Of a DNA stretch of 64,000 bases, positions 55,462 through 64,000 are shown in pieces. Each line of letters begins with the position of its first letter. Position 1 is the stretch's first letter. The DNA comes from Nitrososphaerota archaeon (GTDB lineage Archaea > Thermoproteota > EX4484-205 > JAAOZP01). A program made the position numbers and the translations under genes. Location: positions 128,001 through 192,000 of the forward strand of contig JAAOZP010000017.1 of the NCBI GenBank assembly GCA_011605725.1. Direction: 5' to 3'. Below the pieces are notes generated by a model. It was not told the DNA's origin. It worked only from the letters and a program-made list of their open reading frames with translations, and did no database searches.

Positions 55462-56392
55462 GCCTCTCCTCAATACTCAGCTTAACAGCCTCCCTGCTCG
55501 TGTGCCTCGGCCTCCAGCCGGTTGCTTTAATCCTACTTATATCCAGGTTCATGAGCTTAACATCCCCAATCCAGCCTCTGCCGTTTTCAACACCCCCGGT
55601 GAAAACCTTCTCAACGCTGCTTAACCCCATTGACTCTATAACCATGTCGGCAATCTCGGATACGGTGACCCAATCATCAGAGCCAATGTTGTAAACCTCG
55701 TAGCCAGAGGCTTCGACAAGCCTTGAAACGTGGAGAACAGCCTCGACACAGTCGCCAACCCAGATGTATGACTTCCTCTGCGAACCGTCGCCAAGGATTT
55801 CAAGCCTCCCAGGGTTCTGCAGAAGCTTATTGATGAAGTCATGCACCACTCCGTGCGTAAGCCTTGGGCCGACAACGTTTGCAAGCCTTAGGGAAACACC
55901 TGACATTCCAAACGTGTAGCAGTAGGATGAAACAAGGCCCTCGGCTGCAAGCTTAGCAGCCCCGTAAAGGGAGATGGGTTTCAGCGGACCATACTCCTCA
56001 GGCGTAGGGATCTTGGAAGCATCACCGTAGACCGTTGAGGAGGATGCGAAGACAAACATTCTCACCCCTGCTTTCCTAGCGTATTCAAGCATGTTGAAAG
56101 TCGCTACAACGTTCTCCTGGAAATGAATGGAGGGAGAGGTTTCCCTGACGTCAGGGTTTGCGGCGAAATGGAAAACATACTCAACATTACCCTCCTCGCT
56201 GAGAAGGTCGACAGTCTTAGCGTCTCCAATTATGATCCTCAGCCTTCCCGTTTTAAAAGCATTCGCAATGTTTTCAAACCGGCCTGTTGAAAAATTGTCT
56301 AAAACAGTAACGTTCCAACCTTCTTCAACAAGCCTGTCAACAAGATGGCTGCCGATGAAGCCCGCGCCACCAGTCACCAAGGCGGAAGGCAT
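55436..56392 (-). CDS. galE: NAD-dependent nucleotide-sugar epimerase (UDP-glucose 4-epimerase-like)
   Basis: VTGGAGFIGSH, SSSTVYG, YGAAK and LGDGSQRKSY. Confidence 0.85.
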   Translation of the reverse strand: MPSALVTGGAGFIGSHLVDRLVEEGWNVTVLDNFSTGRFENIANAFKTGRLRIIIGDAKTVDLLSEEGNVEYVFHFAANPDVRETSPSIHFQENVVATFNMLEYARKAGVRMFVFASSSTVYGDASKIPTPEEYGPLKPISLYGAAKLAAEGLVSSYCYTFGMSGVSLRLANVVGPRLTHGVVHDFINKLLQNPGRLEILGDGSQRKSYIWVGDCVEAVLHVSRLVEASGYEVYNIGSDDWVTVSEIADMVIESMGLSSVEKVFTGGVENGRGWIGDVKLMNLDISRIKATGWRPRHTSREAVKLSIEERLRELGLKS

Positions 56393-56398
56393 TCCAGA

Positions 56399-57643
56399 TC
56401 ACCCTAGAAGCGTTGCTGAAACACCTGGACCCACGCCGGTCGTGAAAACACTCTGGGCTCCGGCTCTTCGGAAAGCCTCCTCAACCCTAGGCGCGTCATC
56501 CATATTCCTCACGAGCGCAAGTAGCGAGCCCCCCATGCCTGCACCAGATATTTTAACCCCGAGGGCACCAGCTTCTAGAGCAGAGTCACGCATTGCTTCA
56601 AGCTTCTCATGGCTAACTTCATAAAGATCCCTGAGCAGGATGTGCTGCAGGTTAACTATCTCCCCGAGCGCGTGAAGCCAGTTCTCAACTGGTTTCAAGC
56701 CCAGCCTCTCTAAATCTCGCCTATTAACCATCCTGTACTTAAGGATTTGAAGCGCAGCCTCAGTGGAGGCCTGCATCCTTAGGGTGAAAAGGATTCTTGA
56801 GGCGAGCCTCGGCGGGATCACGCTAAGCAAGTCTTTTAAATGCTCTTCCCTAATCGTCCTCCAATCCACACTGGCAAAGTCTCCATCAAGCATTCTCGAC
56901 AAGGAGCCGCGCGAAGCCTCCCTAAGCATTTTTAATGCAGCGTTAAGCTCAGACTGCCTAACAGGATGTATTTCAGCAGTACTATGCCTTATACCCGAGT
57001 CGGCTACTGTGAAAAAGATTCCTTCACCGTTAAACTCCTCTACACTTATGCTGGGTTTAAAGTCAAGCTTCACTATACCACCGTATGAAGCAGCATACTG
57101 GTCAAGCCTGCCGCAGGGAATACCCATGACGTTGTGCTCAGCCTCGAATGCGAGCTCAGCCAGCTCCATCCTGTTTAAACCGAGACCTAAAAGCTCCGAG
57201 TACATCGCAGCAAGTGAAACATGGAGCGCAGCACTGCTCGCCAAGCCTGAGGCGACAGGCACCTCACTGTCAACATAGATCGCTAAGCCAGCCTTAACCA
57301 TCCCATATTTCTGCGAAACAAGCTTGTGAAGGGAACGGAAATAATTTCCAAACCACTTCCCTTTCAAAAGCTCAACCTCATCGGATTGAAAAGCATCATT
57401 GCTCTCAACACCTTCTTTTTCAAGCGTCAACGACTTGACCCTTACAACACCCGGCTCACTCAGCTTTGAGCAGACTATGAACGTTCTCTTCCAAATAGCT
57501 GCGGGAACAACCGGAAGCATCTTATAATCCTGATGCGTATTAAGAAAGTCGCACCGGGCTGGAGCTGAGGAAAAACATGTTACGTTGCCGTTTTCAGCCT
57601 TAGCCCTTTCGAAAACCTCCTTGGCGAGACCACACAGTCGCAT
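56399..57643 (-). CDS. GHMP-family sugar kinase, galactokinase-like
   Basis: SAPARCDFLNTHQDY, PVASGLASSAA, CGRLDQ and KISGAGMGGS. Start taken at ATG 57643. Confidence 0.85.
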   Translation of the reverse strand: MRLCGLAKEVFERAKAENGNVTCFSSAPARCDFLNTHQDYKMLPVVPAAIWKRTFIVCSKLSEPGVVRVKSLTLEKEGVESNDAFQSDEVELLKGKWFGNYFRSLHKLVSQKYGMVKAGLAIYVDSEVPVASGLASSAALHVSLAAMYSELLGLGLNRMELAELAFEAEHNVMGIPCGRLDQYAASYGGIVKLDFKPSISVEEFNGEGIFFTVADSGIRHSTAEIHPVRQSELNAALKMLREASRGSLSRMLDGDFASVDWRTIREEHLKDLLSVIPPRLASRILFTLRMQASTEAALQILKYRMVNRRDLERLGLKPVENWLHALGEIVNLQHILLRDLYEVSHEKLEAMRDSALEAGALGVKISGAGMGGSLLALVRNMDDAPRVEEAFRRAGAQSVFTTGVGPGVSATLLG

Positions 57644-57920
57644 CAAGACTGTTTGCTGCCGAACGGCTTTAAGCTTTTTCAAAGAGCCTTGAACAAATAT
57701 TATTTTTCACGAAAAAGGCGACTTACAGATTCGTTAATAAGGCTTCTCTCACCAGCGCGTGCTACGAGAATAGGGAGATCAACGGGACCGATATTGGGAG
57801 AATAAAGTATACGATGGTTAAGAATAATTCATGATTTTAGACGGAATAATTGGAAGCTGCGCGCGTTAAGTCTCAGCCATGGTTTCAATGAACCCGTTAA
57901 AATCCTTACCCATTATTTTT

Positions 57921-58286
57921 TCAGACTATTCTGAATCCTCCGATGTTAACCCGGGAGAATGAGGCGCGCCATGAATTAGCCTCCTTCACGCTGAAACTGG
58001 GTTGTTCAAGCAGATTCTTGTCAGAATGATAGACTAGTGTGACGACTGGTTTTCTAAGTAAGCCGCCGCTGGACAGCTTAACCTGCTCCAGAACGTTCAG
58101 TGGTATTTCAAGCCTGATGACTGTCCTCCTGTTCCTTCTGCCGACGTATTCCTCGAAAAAAATCCTGTGAGTTGTTAAAACCAGCATGCCTTTCAAAGGT
58201 GCTTCTAAGAACGTTGAGCCTCCGATGAACCTTGCAGGCCCCTCGTAAACAAGGCTTTCACCCGTCGGAAGCTTCCTTTCAGACAC
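57921..58286 (-). CDS. Stand-alone PH/GRAM-like domain protein
   Basis: GMLVLTTHRIFF...IPLNVL..V...beta strands...F.V..A..W helix pattern. GGTGGTGGAGGA RBS before the GTG start. Confidence 0.65.
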   Translation of the reverse strand: MSERKLPTGESLVYEGPARFIGGSTFLEAPLKGMLVLTTHRIFFEEYVGRRNRRTVIRLEIPLNVLEQVKLSSGGLLRKPVVTLVYHSDKNLLEQPSFSVKEANSWRASFSRVNIGGFRIV

Positions 58287-58427
58287 TCCTCCACCACCTC
58301 GTTCCTAATCCTTTCAGCTTTAAACGCTAGAAGTAGGTTTTAACTTTTTAGCTAGACGTTTTAAACCTGGAGAAACCCTGAGTAAAAACATATCTATATC
58401 CGGTGTGTAGCTTAACTAGGAGTAGTC

Positions 58428-59000
58428 TTGTCAGAAAGTGGGGAGGAAGAGACCCAGAGGCTGGCAGACCTGAAGAAATACTTAGCCGGGAAAAAAGCCG
58501 AGCTTGAGGAGGAGCTTGAAAAACTAGACGGCTTGATGCAGATCGTGGATGATCTTCTAGCTTCTAAGAGCTTTAAAACAGGGGCTGAGATGATGAAGAA
58601 GGCTGAAGCTGAATCTGTTGTTCAAAAAATTGAGCTCACGTATAAGAATACTAAGGTTGGAGAAATAGAGGTCTACCAGACTTACGCCAAGGTTATTCCG
58701 CTGCCGGAGCTTAAGCTTAACACGGCAGTCTCTCCGTTTGAAGCCTTCCTGGTTAGAAAGGTTCTGGAGCCTATGAGGGAGAGGGATGTGGAACGGGCTG
58801 CTAAAAACGAGCTTAGACCTGACCAAATGTTCTCCTATGACATTCTGGAGGAAAACGGTTTGTTGAAAGCAATTATCCTCCGGAATTTTAGGGATAAGAT
58901 AAGGTTGAAGGAGCTGGCGAACTCGATCTCGTGGACGTTTTTCAGAATGGCTGAGAAGGAGCAGCGGGTTGCAGGCTCTCCCGGAGAAAGCGGACAGTAA
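58428..59000 (+). CDS. Hypothetical protein with N-terminal coiled coil
   Basis: 190-aa ORF with heptad-like N-terminus and GGAG RBS. Confidence 0.75.
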   Translation: MSESGEEETQRLADLKKYLAGKKAELEEELEKLDGLMQIVDDLLASKSFKTGAEMMKKAEAESVVQKIELTYKNTKVGEIEVYQTYAKVIPLPELKLNTAVSPFEAFLVRKVLEPMRERDVERAAKNELRPDQMFSYDILEENGLLKAIILRNFRDKIRLKELANSISWTFFRMAEKEQRVAGSPGESGQ

Positions 59001-59031
59001 AGCCTGATTTCGAATGAGGGAACCATTCACC

Positions 59032-59664
59032 CTAGTGTGAGCCTAATTCCATTCTTCTTACTTCACCGTTTGGACGCGTCTCCTCGAAAACGACCGCTTC
59101 GAACCTGTAGACCCTGGTTTTCTCGTCAAGCCAGCAGCCAGGTGGCAAGCCTGCTTTAACACAAGTGTAGGATAGAAAGGTTTCTGGATCCCAGTTCTCC
59201 TCAACAGCAACCTGAGGTAGGAGAAGGCCCCTGTTAAAGCCGCGTTCAACGATAAGCCCATCCCTACCTATTTTAACCTCCTTCAGAAGCATCCTCCTGT
59301 CTTTAACGTCTAAAAGTCGCGGAGGAGTTAAAACGCTCACATCTATAACGATCATGCTCATTTCTTCAAGCGACACAGGCGGGAACCGCGGGTCCTCAAC
59401 CGCTGCAGCCACAGCAGCCTCTATCAACGCTTCCACCAAGGGTTTAACAGGCTCTGGGAAGCCTATGCAGCCCCTGAGCTCTTTACTTTCCGACCCCTCT
59501 GGGCCTATGAGCCTGTTAAGGGTGACGAAGACCCCGCAAGGCTCGTAGAAAACATCTTTCAGGTCAGCTGGGGGGCTTAAAATTTTTTCATCCCTTAGAT
59601 ATGTCTCCACGGCTTTCCTCGCAATCTTGACTAGCAGCCTACCGTCCTCCAGAGACAGTTCCAT
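59032..59664 (-). CDS. AMMECR1/TIGR00296 family protein
   Basis: GVFVTL, LRGCIG, DPRFPPV, GLLLPQV and KAGL. Confidence 0.93.
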   Translation of the reverse strand: MELSLEDGRLLVKIARKAVETYLRDEKILSPPADLKDVFYEPCGVFVTLNRLIGPEGSESKELRGCIGFPEPVKPLVEALIEAAVAAAVEDPRFPPVSLEEMSMIVIDVSVLTPPRLLDVKDRRMLLKEVKIGRDGLIVERGFNRGLLLPQVAVEENWDPETFLSYTCVKAGLPPGCWLDEKTRVYRFEAVVFEETRPNGEVRRMELGSH

Positions 59665-59709
59665 CAGAATAATGTTTCAAAAGACTGTTAAAAGGATTAT
59701 GGATAGGCT

Positions 59710-60825
59710 TCACGGCCTATCTTTAAGAGAATCCTTGTTAAAGATGAAGACCCTTATGAAGCCGGATAAGAGTATTGTAAACCAGAGCGGAGAGTAAACG
59801 AAGTATAGAAAGGCGAATCTGGCCAAGTTGAACCTGAACCCCATTTCTCTCGCAATCCTGTAGTAAAATATTGAGAAGAACGCGAAAGCAGCTATTAGCG
59901 CTATCAACGTTTTGGTGAAGAGAAGCAGTATTTTGACAAAAAGCCCGTATGAAAATATTGTTGCAAAAGGCAGAAGACCAGAGTATAGTGAGGAGAACGT
60001 GAGCAGCCCAACCCATATGAGCCTGTCCTCTAGAAGAGTATTCAGGAAGAACGTTATCGTGAAGGAGGCTAGTGAAGGAAGTACTAGGAATAACAGTAAC
60101 AGTATTAACGATGGCTCTTCCCTAATTATTTTTAAAAGCGTGCGCCAATTCTCCTTAACCCAGACAGCAGCACCTATGCCCCATCTTACACGCTGCTTAA
60201 ACCACTCTCTCCAGCCTGATGGAGCATAGTTTATCACGCTGGGATTCTTCAGGAAGCCGAAGCGTAGCCCAGTCACATAACTTCTAATACCGAGGTCGAA
60301 GTCATCCGGTATCTTAGGCCTGAAGCCCCCTATTTTCTCGTAAGCCGACCTCCATATTGCGAAGGCTGCACCGTTTAAACCAAGGCATCTTCCAGTTCTA
60401 CTTGCGAGAAGCATGCTTCCATAGTTGAAAGACATGAATTCATAGTTCACCGTCTGAGCCAGCAGCCCTTCCCCCTCCACAGTTTTCATGAACTCCCCGA
60501 TCTCAAACCCCTTCATCGACTCCACAGCCCTAGAAAGAAAGCCTTCGCCAGTTATACACACGTCGTCATCCAGAAATATGAGAAGCTCTCCCGACGACTG
60601 TCTAAAAGCCTCTATAAGGGCACTCACCCTTCCCTCCCTACTTTGACGGAAAATAGTTTTCACAGGCTGATGCCTAAGCCTCTCAGCAACCTCTGGAGAC
60701 GGGGCGTCTACAACAACCAGCACCTCCTTGTTACGGTAATCGTCTTCAGCAAGCTTGTTAACAAGCTCAACGAGCCGTGGAGAGCCTTTGAACGACGGGA
60801 TTATCACTGATACTTTCACGTTCAT
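59710..60825 (-). CDS. Membrane GT2 glycosyltransferase with QxxRW motif (processive beta-glycan synthase-like)
   Basis: VSVIIP, FLDDD, NGAAFA, PDDFDL, KQRVRW and C-terminal TM helices. Confidence 0.85.
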   Translation of the reverse strand: MNVKVSVIIPSFKGSPRLVELVNKLAEDDYRNKEVLVVVDAPSPEVAERLRHQPVKTIFRQSREGRVSALIEAFRQSSGELLIFLDDDVCITGEGFLSRAVESMKGFEIGEFMKTVEGEGLLAQTVNYEFMSFNYGSMLLASRTGRCLGLNGAAFAIWRSAYEKIGGFRPKIPDDFDLGIRSYVTGLRFGFLKNPSVINYAPSGWREWFKQRVRWGIGAAVWVKENWRTLLKIIREEPSLILLLLFLVLPSLASFTITFFLNTLLEDRLIWVGLLTFSSLYSGLLPFATIFSYGLFVKILLLFTKTLIALIAAFAFFSIFYYRIAREMGFRFNLARFAFLYFVYSPLWFTILLSGFIRVFIFNKDSLKDRP

Positions 60826-61153
60826 CTTCCGACACTGCTTTAGGCTTTAACCAACTTGAAAAAGGTATTAAAAGTTTTAACCACTATTTTAGAAGCGCTC
60901 TCCCCATTTTTGAAACTCCTGATGCATGGGGTAATCCTCGAGCGCTCCCCATGAAAAATGTTTAGCGAATCCCCTTTCTTAAACCCATTCTTTCCATCCG
61001 AATAAAGTCGGCTGATCTTTTCCATGACAATAGAGCAATGCTTGTAAATAGCCGTATCTTAATGAAGCCCTGTCTCGCGCGCTATGCGCATAAAAATACT
61101 CAGAAAAAGTTAAAACCTCTTTCCCAGGGATTTTACGGAAAAGGTGAACGGGA

Positions 61154-62179
61154 ATGAGAATAGGAGTATTGACAGGGGGAGGAGACGCACCAGGGTTAAA
61201 CGCAGTAATACGTGCTGTTTTGAAGCGTGCTGAGCATTACGGTTTCGAGGTTATCGGTATTAAGTACGGCTGGGCTGGGCTGCTGAACATGGATACTGTA
61301 CCGTTGAAATATAGCGATGTTGAGGATAAGATTGGCGAGGCTGGAACCGTGATTAAAACCTCCAGAACGAATCCTGCGAAGGACGAGGCTACGATGAATA
61401 AATGCGTAGAGAACTTTAGGAAGCTTGGTCTTGATGCTTTAATCGCCATCGGCGGCGACGATACTCTTACCGCTGCGAGGAAGCTTCACGAAGCCGGTTT
61501 GAAAGTAGTTGGTGTTCCAAAGACTATTGACAACGATCTCAAAGGTACAGATTACACTTTCGGCTTCGACACGGCGGTTAATGCCGCTATGCATGCTATC
61601 GAGTCTTTGAAGACTACCGCTAGATCGCATGACAGAGTAATGGTTGTCGAGATTATGGGTAGGCACGCGGGCTGGATAGCACTCTACTCTGGACTCGCCG
61701 CCGGAGCCGACTTAATTCTGATTCCTGAGGAGCCCTTCAAGATAAGCGACGTGGTGGAGTTTGTCAAGAGGAAAAAGCCTGAGAAGGGTAGTTTAACCAT
61801 TGTTGTTGCAGAAGGTGCCTTAATCGAGGATTATAAGGGTCCGATAACGAAGGATGTTAAGGTTGACCAGTATGGCCACGTGTATCTAGGCGGCATAGGA
61901 GAGTTTCTAGCTAAAGAGATTGAGAAGGCCACTGGCTTCGAGACTAGGGCAGTCGTCCCAGCACACATTATAAGAGGGATGTCTCCAACAGCTTTCGACA
62001 GGGTTCTAGCCACGAGGCTCGGATATGCTGCCGTGGAACTTGTAAGGCAAGGTGTTTTCGGGAAAATGGTCGGGTTAAGAGGAACCGAGATTGTGAGCAT
62101 AGACCTCTCCGAAGCCGTTGCGGAAACAAAGCTTGTCGACAAGTCCCTGATAGAGCTTAAGAATGCACTGACGTCTTAA
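61154..62179 (+). CDS. pfp: PfkA-family phosphofructokinase, PPi-dependent signature
   Basis: TGGGDAPGLN, IGGDDT, PKTIDND and EIMGRHAG. GGTGA RBS. Confidence 0.85.
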   Translation: MRIGVLTGGGDAPGLNAVIRAVLKRAEHYGFEVIGIKYGWAGLLNMDTVPLKYSDVEDKIGEAGTVIKTSRTNPAKDEATMNKCVENFRKLGLDALIAIGGDDTLTAARKLHEAGLKVVGVPKTIDNDLKGTDYTFGFDTAVNAAMHAIESLKTTARSHDRVMVVEIMGRHAGWIALYSGLAAGADLILIPEEPFKISDVVEFVKRKKPEKGSLTIVVAEGALIEDYKGPITKDVKVDQYGHVYLGGIGEFLAKEIEKATGFETRAVVPAHIIRGMSPTAFDRVLATRLGYAAVELVRQGVFGKMVGLRGTEIVSIDLSEAVAETKLVDKSLIELKNALTS

Positions 62180-62408
62180 GGCTTCTACTGGAAATCATTG
62201 GGCGTGTTTCTGGGGGAAAATCGAATAAGTTGAACGAAAAACACGTAGAACCGGGGGTTCACATCCGGCCGCTTACGATGAGACTCAGTAGCCTTAGTTA
62301 GCGCGCGAGCATTGGAATGTTCGTTTAAAGCTGGTGAGTCTCAATGATTTCGGAGAGGTCTATGCTGGAATCACGCTAAAAAAGATAGTGCGCGCTTAAT
62401 ACTGACCT

Positions 62409-62432
62409 ACGGTCAGGAAGACGGTCAGGAAG
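62409..62432. repeat. 12-bp tandem duplication ACGGTCAGGAAG x2
   Basis: Read directly. It overlaps a CTGACC-TAC-GGTCAG hairpin at 62402-62416. Confidence 0.6.
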
Positions 62433-62508
62433 TTGAGAAGCAACACGGCGCATCAGCGCGCTGAGGCAAATGCTTGGAGGGAACAAAGTAAAGCTTAATA
62501 ATTTGTTA

Positions 62509-62529
62509 ATCTTAACTTATTGTTAAGAT
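62509..62529. promoter_or_regulatory. 8-5-8 inverted repeat (putative autoregulatory operator of the TA operon)
   Basis: ATCTTAAC-TTATT-GTTAAGAT ends 2 nt before the TTG start at 62532. Confidence 0.65.
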
Positions 62530-62531
62530 AA

Positions 62532-63272
62532 TTGTGGCTGCCTGCTTGGCTTGGAGAGGTTTATTCGAGGCTTTTCCTAGAGTTTGGAGTAGAATTGTTC
62601 ACGCATAGGGATGCTTTAGAGCATCTAGAAATGGATGAAAACAGGGTTTCAGTAGCTTTAAGCAGGCTTCACAAGAACAGGGTTCTACTGGTTTTCGACG
62701 AGGGTAGACCCAGGCGGTACAGGCTTCTCGACCCAAATGGCTTCATACTGCTCGCCTCAGGGGCCGTGAGGAACCTGGACAGAGTTCCACAGGAGAGGTA
62801 TGTTAAGTTGTTGTGTGACTTTTTCCAGGTTCTTTCACGCTTCCTAAGGCTGACATCCTTAGCTGTATACGGCTCTGTCGCCCGTGGGACAGCTGGAGAG
62901 AACAGCGACATAGACCTGCTTATTGTTTCAAACGATTTCTCCGGAAGTATTGGGAGGAGGATTGAAATGCTCTTTAGACTGGAGGAGAAGATTGTAGACG
63001 AGTTGGCATGGCTTAGGAGGCACGGCGTCTACACTGGTTTCAGCTTCTACCCTCTGACTGAAGAAGAGGCCTCCGGGAGGCCTTTGCTCTTCCTCGACAT
63101 GACTGAGGACGCTGTCATACTTTACGATAAGGATAGGTTTCTTGAAAGGGTGTTGACGGAGTTTAAAGCTGAGCTGCTCAGACTCGGTGCCAAGAGGGTT
63201 TTCCTCGATAAGGAGAACTGGTACTGGGATCTAAAACCCGGCTATAGGTTTGGGGAGAAGATAATGGTTTGA
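62532..63272 (+). CDS. Winged-helix + minimal nucleotidyltransferase (MNT) antitoxin-like protein
   Basis: N-terminal FT..DA...VSVALSRL.....L......RYRL wHTH pattern, and YGSVARG...SDIDLLIV NTase motif. Confidence 0.88.
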   Translation: MWLPAWLGEVYSRLFLEFGVELFTHRDALEHLEMDENRVSVALSRLHKNRVLLVFDEGRPRRYRLLDPNGFILLASGAVRNLDRVPQERYVKLLCDFFQVLSRFLRLTSLAVYGSVARGTAGENSDIDLLIVSNDFSGSIGRRIEMLFRLEEKIVDELAWLRRHGVYTGFSFYPLTEEEASGRPLLFLDMTEDAVILYDKDRFLERVLTEFKAELLRLGAKRVFLDKENWYWDLKPGYRFGEKIMV

Positions 63273-63694
63273 GGCTCGTCAAGATTGCTCAATCATACTT
63301 GAAGCAGGCTGAGGCTAGACTCAGTGATGCTGAAGACGCTTACAGAGAGGGGAATCATCCTTATGCTGTGAGGCTGAGCCAAGAGTGTGTCGAGCTTTCT
63401 CTTAAAGCAGTGCTTAAGGCGGTTGGCATAGAGTACCCGAAGGTGCATGATGTTTCAGACGTCCTTCTAAGTGTTAAACAGAGATTTCCAGAATGGTTTC
63501 AAAGAGAGTTGAACCATCTTTCCGAATCCTCAAAGATTCTGGTTAAGAAGAGGGAGTTGAGCTTCTACGGCGGTGAGGAAGCGTTTCTCTCTCCGGATGA
63601 AGTAATAGGTAAGGATGATGCTAAGGATGCTGTTGAGAGGGCTGGGAAGGCTTTCACCCTTTGCAGGAAACTGGTTAAGGAGCTTGAAGACTAG
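63269..63694 (+). CDS. HEPN domain protein (partner of MNT)
   Basis: AVRLSQECVELSLKA, YPKVHDV and RELSFYG. TTGA overlap with the MNT gene. Confidence 0.9.
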   Translation: MRLVKIAQSYLKQAEARLSDAEDAYREGNHPYAVRLSQECVELSLKAVLKAVGIEYPKVHDVSDVLLSVKQRFPEWFQRELNHLSESSKILVKKRELSFYGGEEAFLSPDEVIGKDDAKDAVERAGKAFTLCRKLVKELED

Positions 63695-63794
63695 GGGGTG
63701 TTCGAAAAGCTTTATCGCCGAACCATATAGAACGCGGACCTACAGCAATTGCTTGTAGCTGTTAATTTCATAAATAACTTTAATCGCGCGCCTT

Positions 63795-64000
63795 TTAATC
63801 CTGGTTTACCAACGGCTTCCAATAGAAGTTTCTCTCGTTGAAAGAAGCGTCAAGCTTAATCTCCCCCAGCTTAACAGTATCGAAGCCTGTTGCTAACGGT
63901 GTTTTCACGGTCACCTCGCTGCTGCTTAGAGACTCTATTATGCCCACTCCAATAATTCTGCCCTCTCTCCCCAAGCCGACTAGAAGCCCCTTCTCCCATC
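63795..64000 (-). CDS. C-terminal end of a probable Clp1/Nol9-like polynucleotide 5'-kinase (5' part outside the window)
   Basis: My translation ...WEKGLLVGLGREGRIIGVGIIESL...VKTPL...VKLGEIKLD...QD* resembles the archaeal Clp1 C-terminal domain. Only ~67 codons are visible. Confidence 0.55.
   Translation of the reverse strand, partial: WEKGLLVGLGREGRIIGVGIIESLSSSEVTVKTPLATGFDTVKLGEIKLDASFNERNFYWKPLVNQD

Noticed and set aside
62245-62275. GGGGTTCACATCCGGCCG resembling a tRNA T-arm or att site
   Set aside because: The T-loop deviates from GTTCRAATC and no acceptor, D or anticodon arms can be built.

Overview
This is a gene-dense archaeal chromosome segment. Ribosomal L13e, Taw1/TYW1, NurA, a Clp1-like kinase end, archaeal Hsp20 and BRE/TATA promoters point to a TACK-type lineage; a thermophilic, carbohydrate-degrading Brockarchaeia/Bathyarchaeia/Thermofilum-like organism is my inference. 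The standout region is ~0.9-17.3 kb, a polysaccharide-utilisation-like locus. It has a cytoplasmic GH3 and two exported clan GH-A enzymes (one agarase/GH50-like, one GH148-like with an inserted CBM4/9). These surround an uncharacterised membrane machine: two paralogous OPT-like polytopic proteins and a 1517-aa protein whose apparently inactive PA/M28 ectodomain is fused to a MacB/FtsX permease. A second, orphan FtsX paralogue with a different ectodomain lies at 24.2-27.4 kb. The window also holds back-to-back soluble [NiFe]-hydrogenase operons (bacterial-type HoxEFUYH and archaeal group 3b HydBGDA), an Opp/Dpp ABC importer, a KaiC-like ATPase coupled to a primase-fold protein, a PPi-type phosphofructokinase, VapBC and wHTH-MNT/HEPN toxin-antitoxin pairs, several palindromic operators, a ferredoxin pseudogene and housekeeping genes. 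I found no rRNA, tRNA, CRISPR array or intact mobile element. All family calls come from reading motifs by eye; no database searches were run.
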